Positions 62,418-64,000 of a DNA stretch of 64,000 bases are shown piece after piece (position 1 is the first letter of the stretch; the number at the start of each line of letters is the position of its first letter). Under the pieces are notes generated by a model that saw nothing but the letters and a program-made list of their open reading frames with translations, had not been told where the DNA came from and ran no database searches. The DNA is taken from positions 1,960,812-2,024,811 of the forward strand of contig CAVPPC010000004.1 of assembly GCA_963707235.1 (NCBI GenBank). The letters are read 5' to 3'. Origin of the DNA: an uncultured Gammaproteobacteria bacterium. Its GTDB lineage: Bacteria > Pseudomonadota > Gammaproteobacteria > Steroidobacterales > Steroidobacteraceae. The translations under genes and the position numbers were made by a program.

Positions 62418-63402
62418 TCAGTCCCGCACGCGCAGCAGGATCTTGCCGATGTGGCGGCCGCTTTCCATGAGGCGGTGCGCCTCGGCGGCCTGCGCCAGCG
62501 GGAACGTGGCGTGCACGTGCACGCGCACGTTGCCGGCCTCGCACTCGGGCCACACCTCGCGCCGCAACGCGTCGCGGATGGCGGTTTTTTCTGCGATCGT
62601 GCGCGGCCGCATCGTTGAACCGGTGATCACCAGGCGATTGCGCATCACCGCGTTCAGATCCACTTCGGCGCTCGAACCGCGCTGCAAGCGCGATCAGCAC
62701 CAACCGCCCGTTCCGTCGCAGCAGGCTGAGGTTGCGCGGCACGTAGTCGCCGGCGACCATGTCGAGCACCACATCGACCCCGTCGCCGTTGGTGAGCTCG
62801 CGCACCCGCGCGACGAAGTCCTCGCTCTTGTAGTTGATCGCCGCCTGCGCGCCGAATTCGCGGCAGAAGCGCGCCTTCTCCTCATCGCCCACCGTGACGA
62901 TGCAGTGCGCGCCGCGCAGTTTCAGCAGCTCGATGGCCGCCAGCCCGATGCCGCTCGAACCGCCGTGCACCAGCACGGTTTCGCCGGCGACCACGCGTGC
63001 AATCCCGACCAGGTTGGCCCAGACCGTGAACCAGGTTTCGCACAGGCCCGCCGCCTGCTCGAGCGTCCAGCCCTTCGGGACGGGCAACACCTGGCCGGCA
63101 GGCGCCACGCAGTATTGCGCGTAGCCGCCGCCCGGGGTCAGCGCGCACACGGCGTCGCCCACGTTCCAGCCGCTGACGCCCTCGCCTACTGCGGCGACTT
63201 TCCCGGACACTTCGAGGCCTAGAATGGGCGACGCGCCCGGCGGCGGCGGATACTTGCCCGCGCGCTGCTGCACATCGGGCCGGTTGACGCCCGCATGATC
63301 GACTTCGATGAGCAGCTCGCCCGGGCCGGCCTCCGGCTGCAGCCCCTCCGTCAGGCGCATCGATTCGGCGCCGGGTCCTGGCCCAAAGGCAATGTGTTTC
63401 AT
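62418..63402 (-). CDS. NAD(P)H:quinone oxidoreductase (zeta-crystallin/PIG3-type MDR) (frame disruption near 62690)
   Basis: 'LIEVDHAGVNRPDVQQRAGKYPPPPGASPILGLEVSGKV...GETVLVHGGSSGIGLAAIEL'. The C-terminus 'AHRLMESGRHIGKILL' is in ORF 62418-62687. Confidence 0.85.
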
Positions 63403-63473
63403 GGTGGGCATCGGGTGCGTCGGGAATGGGCACATCTTGCGCAGATTCTACTTTGAATCAAAATGGGGCCCAT

Positions 63474-64000
63474 ATGAAACGCAACCCCTCGCGCTACGGC
63501 TGGATCCCCGACCTGCCCGACCAGCGCGATCATCTGTACGCCGCCCCGCCGCCCGTGCTCGCGAAGCTCCCGCCGCGCACGGACCTGCGTCCGCGCTGCC
63601 CGCCGGTGTTCGACCAGGGCGCGCTCGGCAGTTGCACCGCGAACGCGATCGGCAACGCCTACCGCTTCGATCTGCTCAAGCAGCGCGGATCGAAGAACTT
63701 CGTGCCCTCGCGCCTGTTTATCTACTACAACGAACGCGCGCTCGAAGGCACCGTCGACACCGATGCCGGCGCCATGCTGCGCGATGGCATCAAGACGCTG
63801 GCCAAGCAGGGCGTGTGCGGCGAGCCGCGCTGGCCCTACGATCCGGCCCGCTTTGCCGACAAGCCGCCTGCACCCGCCTACCGCGAGGCCCTGGATCACC
63901 AGGCGCTGAGCTACCAACGCCTGGTGCAGGACGCCTGGCAGATGAAGGGCTGCATCGCCAGCGGCTATCCGTTCGTGTTCGGCTTCTCGGTGTACGAGAG
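63474..64000 (+). CDS. Papain-like (C1 family) cysteine peptidase, N-terminal part (3' end outside the window)
   Basis: From ATG 63474: 'MKRNPSRYGWIPDLPDQRDHLY...DLRPRCPPVFDQGALGSCTANAIGNAYRF' carries the catalytic Cys motif QG.LGSCTAN. No signal peptide is apparent. Confidence 0.8.
   Translation, partial: MKRNPSRYGWIPDLPDQRDHLYAAPPPVLAKLPPRTDLRPRCPPVFDQGALGSCTANAIGNAYRFDLLKQRGSKNFVPSRLFIYYNERALEGTVDTDAGAMLRDGIKTLAKQGVCGEPRWPYDPARFADKPPAPAYREALDHQALSYQRLVQDAWQMKGCIASGYPFVFGFSVYE

Noticed and set aside
63399-63917. 172-aa ORF on the minus strand
   Set aside because: It is antisense to the clearly recognisable C1 peptidase reading frame, which runs off the window end and is therefore absent from the ORF track.

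Overview
The window is a high-GC chromosomal segment of about 64 kb with about 60 protein-coding genes. I found no rRNA, tRNA, CRISPR array, IS element or integrase. All calls rest on reading the ORF translations and the DNA by eye; no database or HMM search was run.

The gene content suggests a Xanthomonadales/Lysobacterales-like gammaproteobacterium. This is inference from a fused LysC-LysA, a PhoP/PhoQ pair preceded by a PepSY gene, kynA, a lexA-imuA-imuB-dnaE2 cassette and SCPU/Csu fimbriae.

Most of the window is housekeeping:
- hisA/F/IE
- lysAC
- uvrC and pgsA
- class II DAHP synthase
- mazG
- fumC, purB, mnmA and acnA
- msrPQ
- kynA
- tatD
- thrABC

The accessory content is:
1. A 4-gene Csu/SCPU chaperone-usher pilus cluster (2.2-6.4 kb).
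2. The SOS mutagenesis cassette (10.7-17.0 kb). It carries unusual palindromic non-coding inserts.
3. A visibly AT-richer two-gene cassette (44.8-45.7 kb), consisting of an unknown protein followed by an XRE-type HTH protein.
4. An atypical Tad/Flp pilus locus (48.8-58.0 kb). It runs without a break into an HlyD + ABC-2 exporter, and it faces a divergent pair made of a subtilase and a large Ig-repeat lipoprotein.

About two dozen conserved genes are split across reading frames by single-base indels. This looks like assembly or homopolymer error rather than gene decay. End coordinates of the affected genes are reliable, but their internal frames are not.

The best candidate for something undescribed is the 16-gene Tad-ABC array with its divergent protease/lipoprotein pair. 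The low-GC cassette and the palindromic elements in the imu cassette come next.
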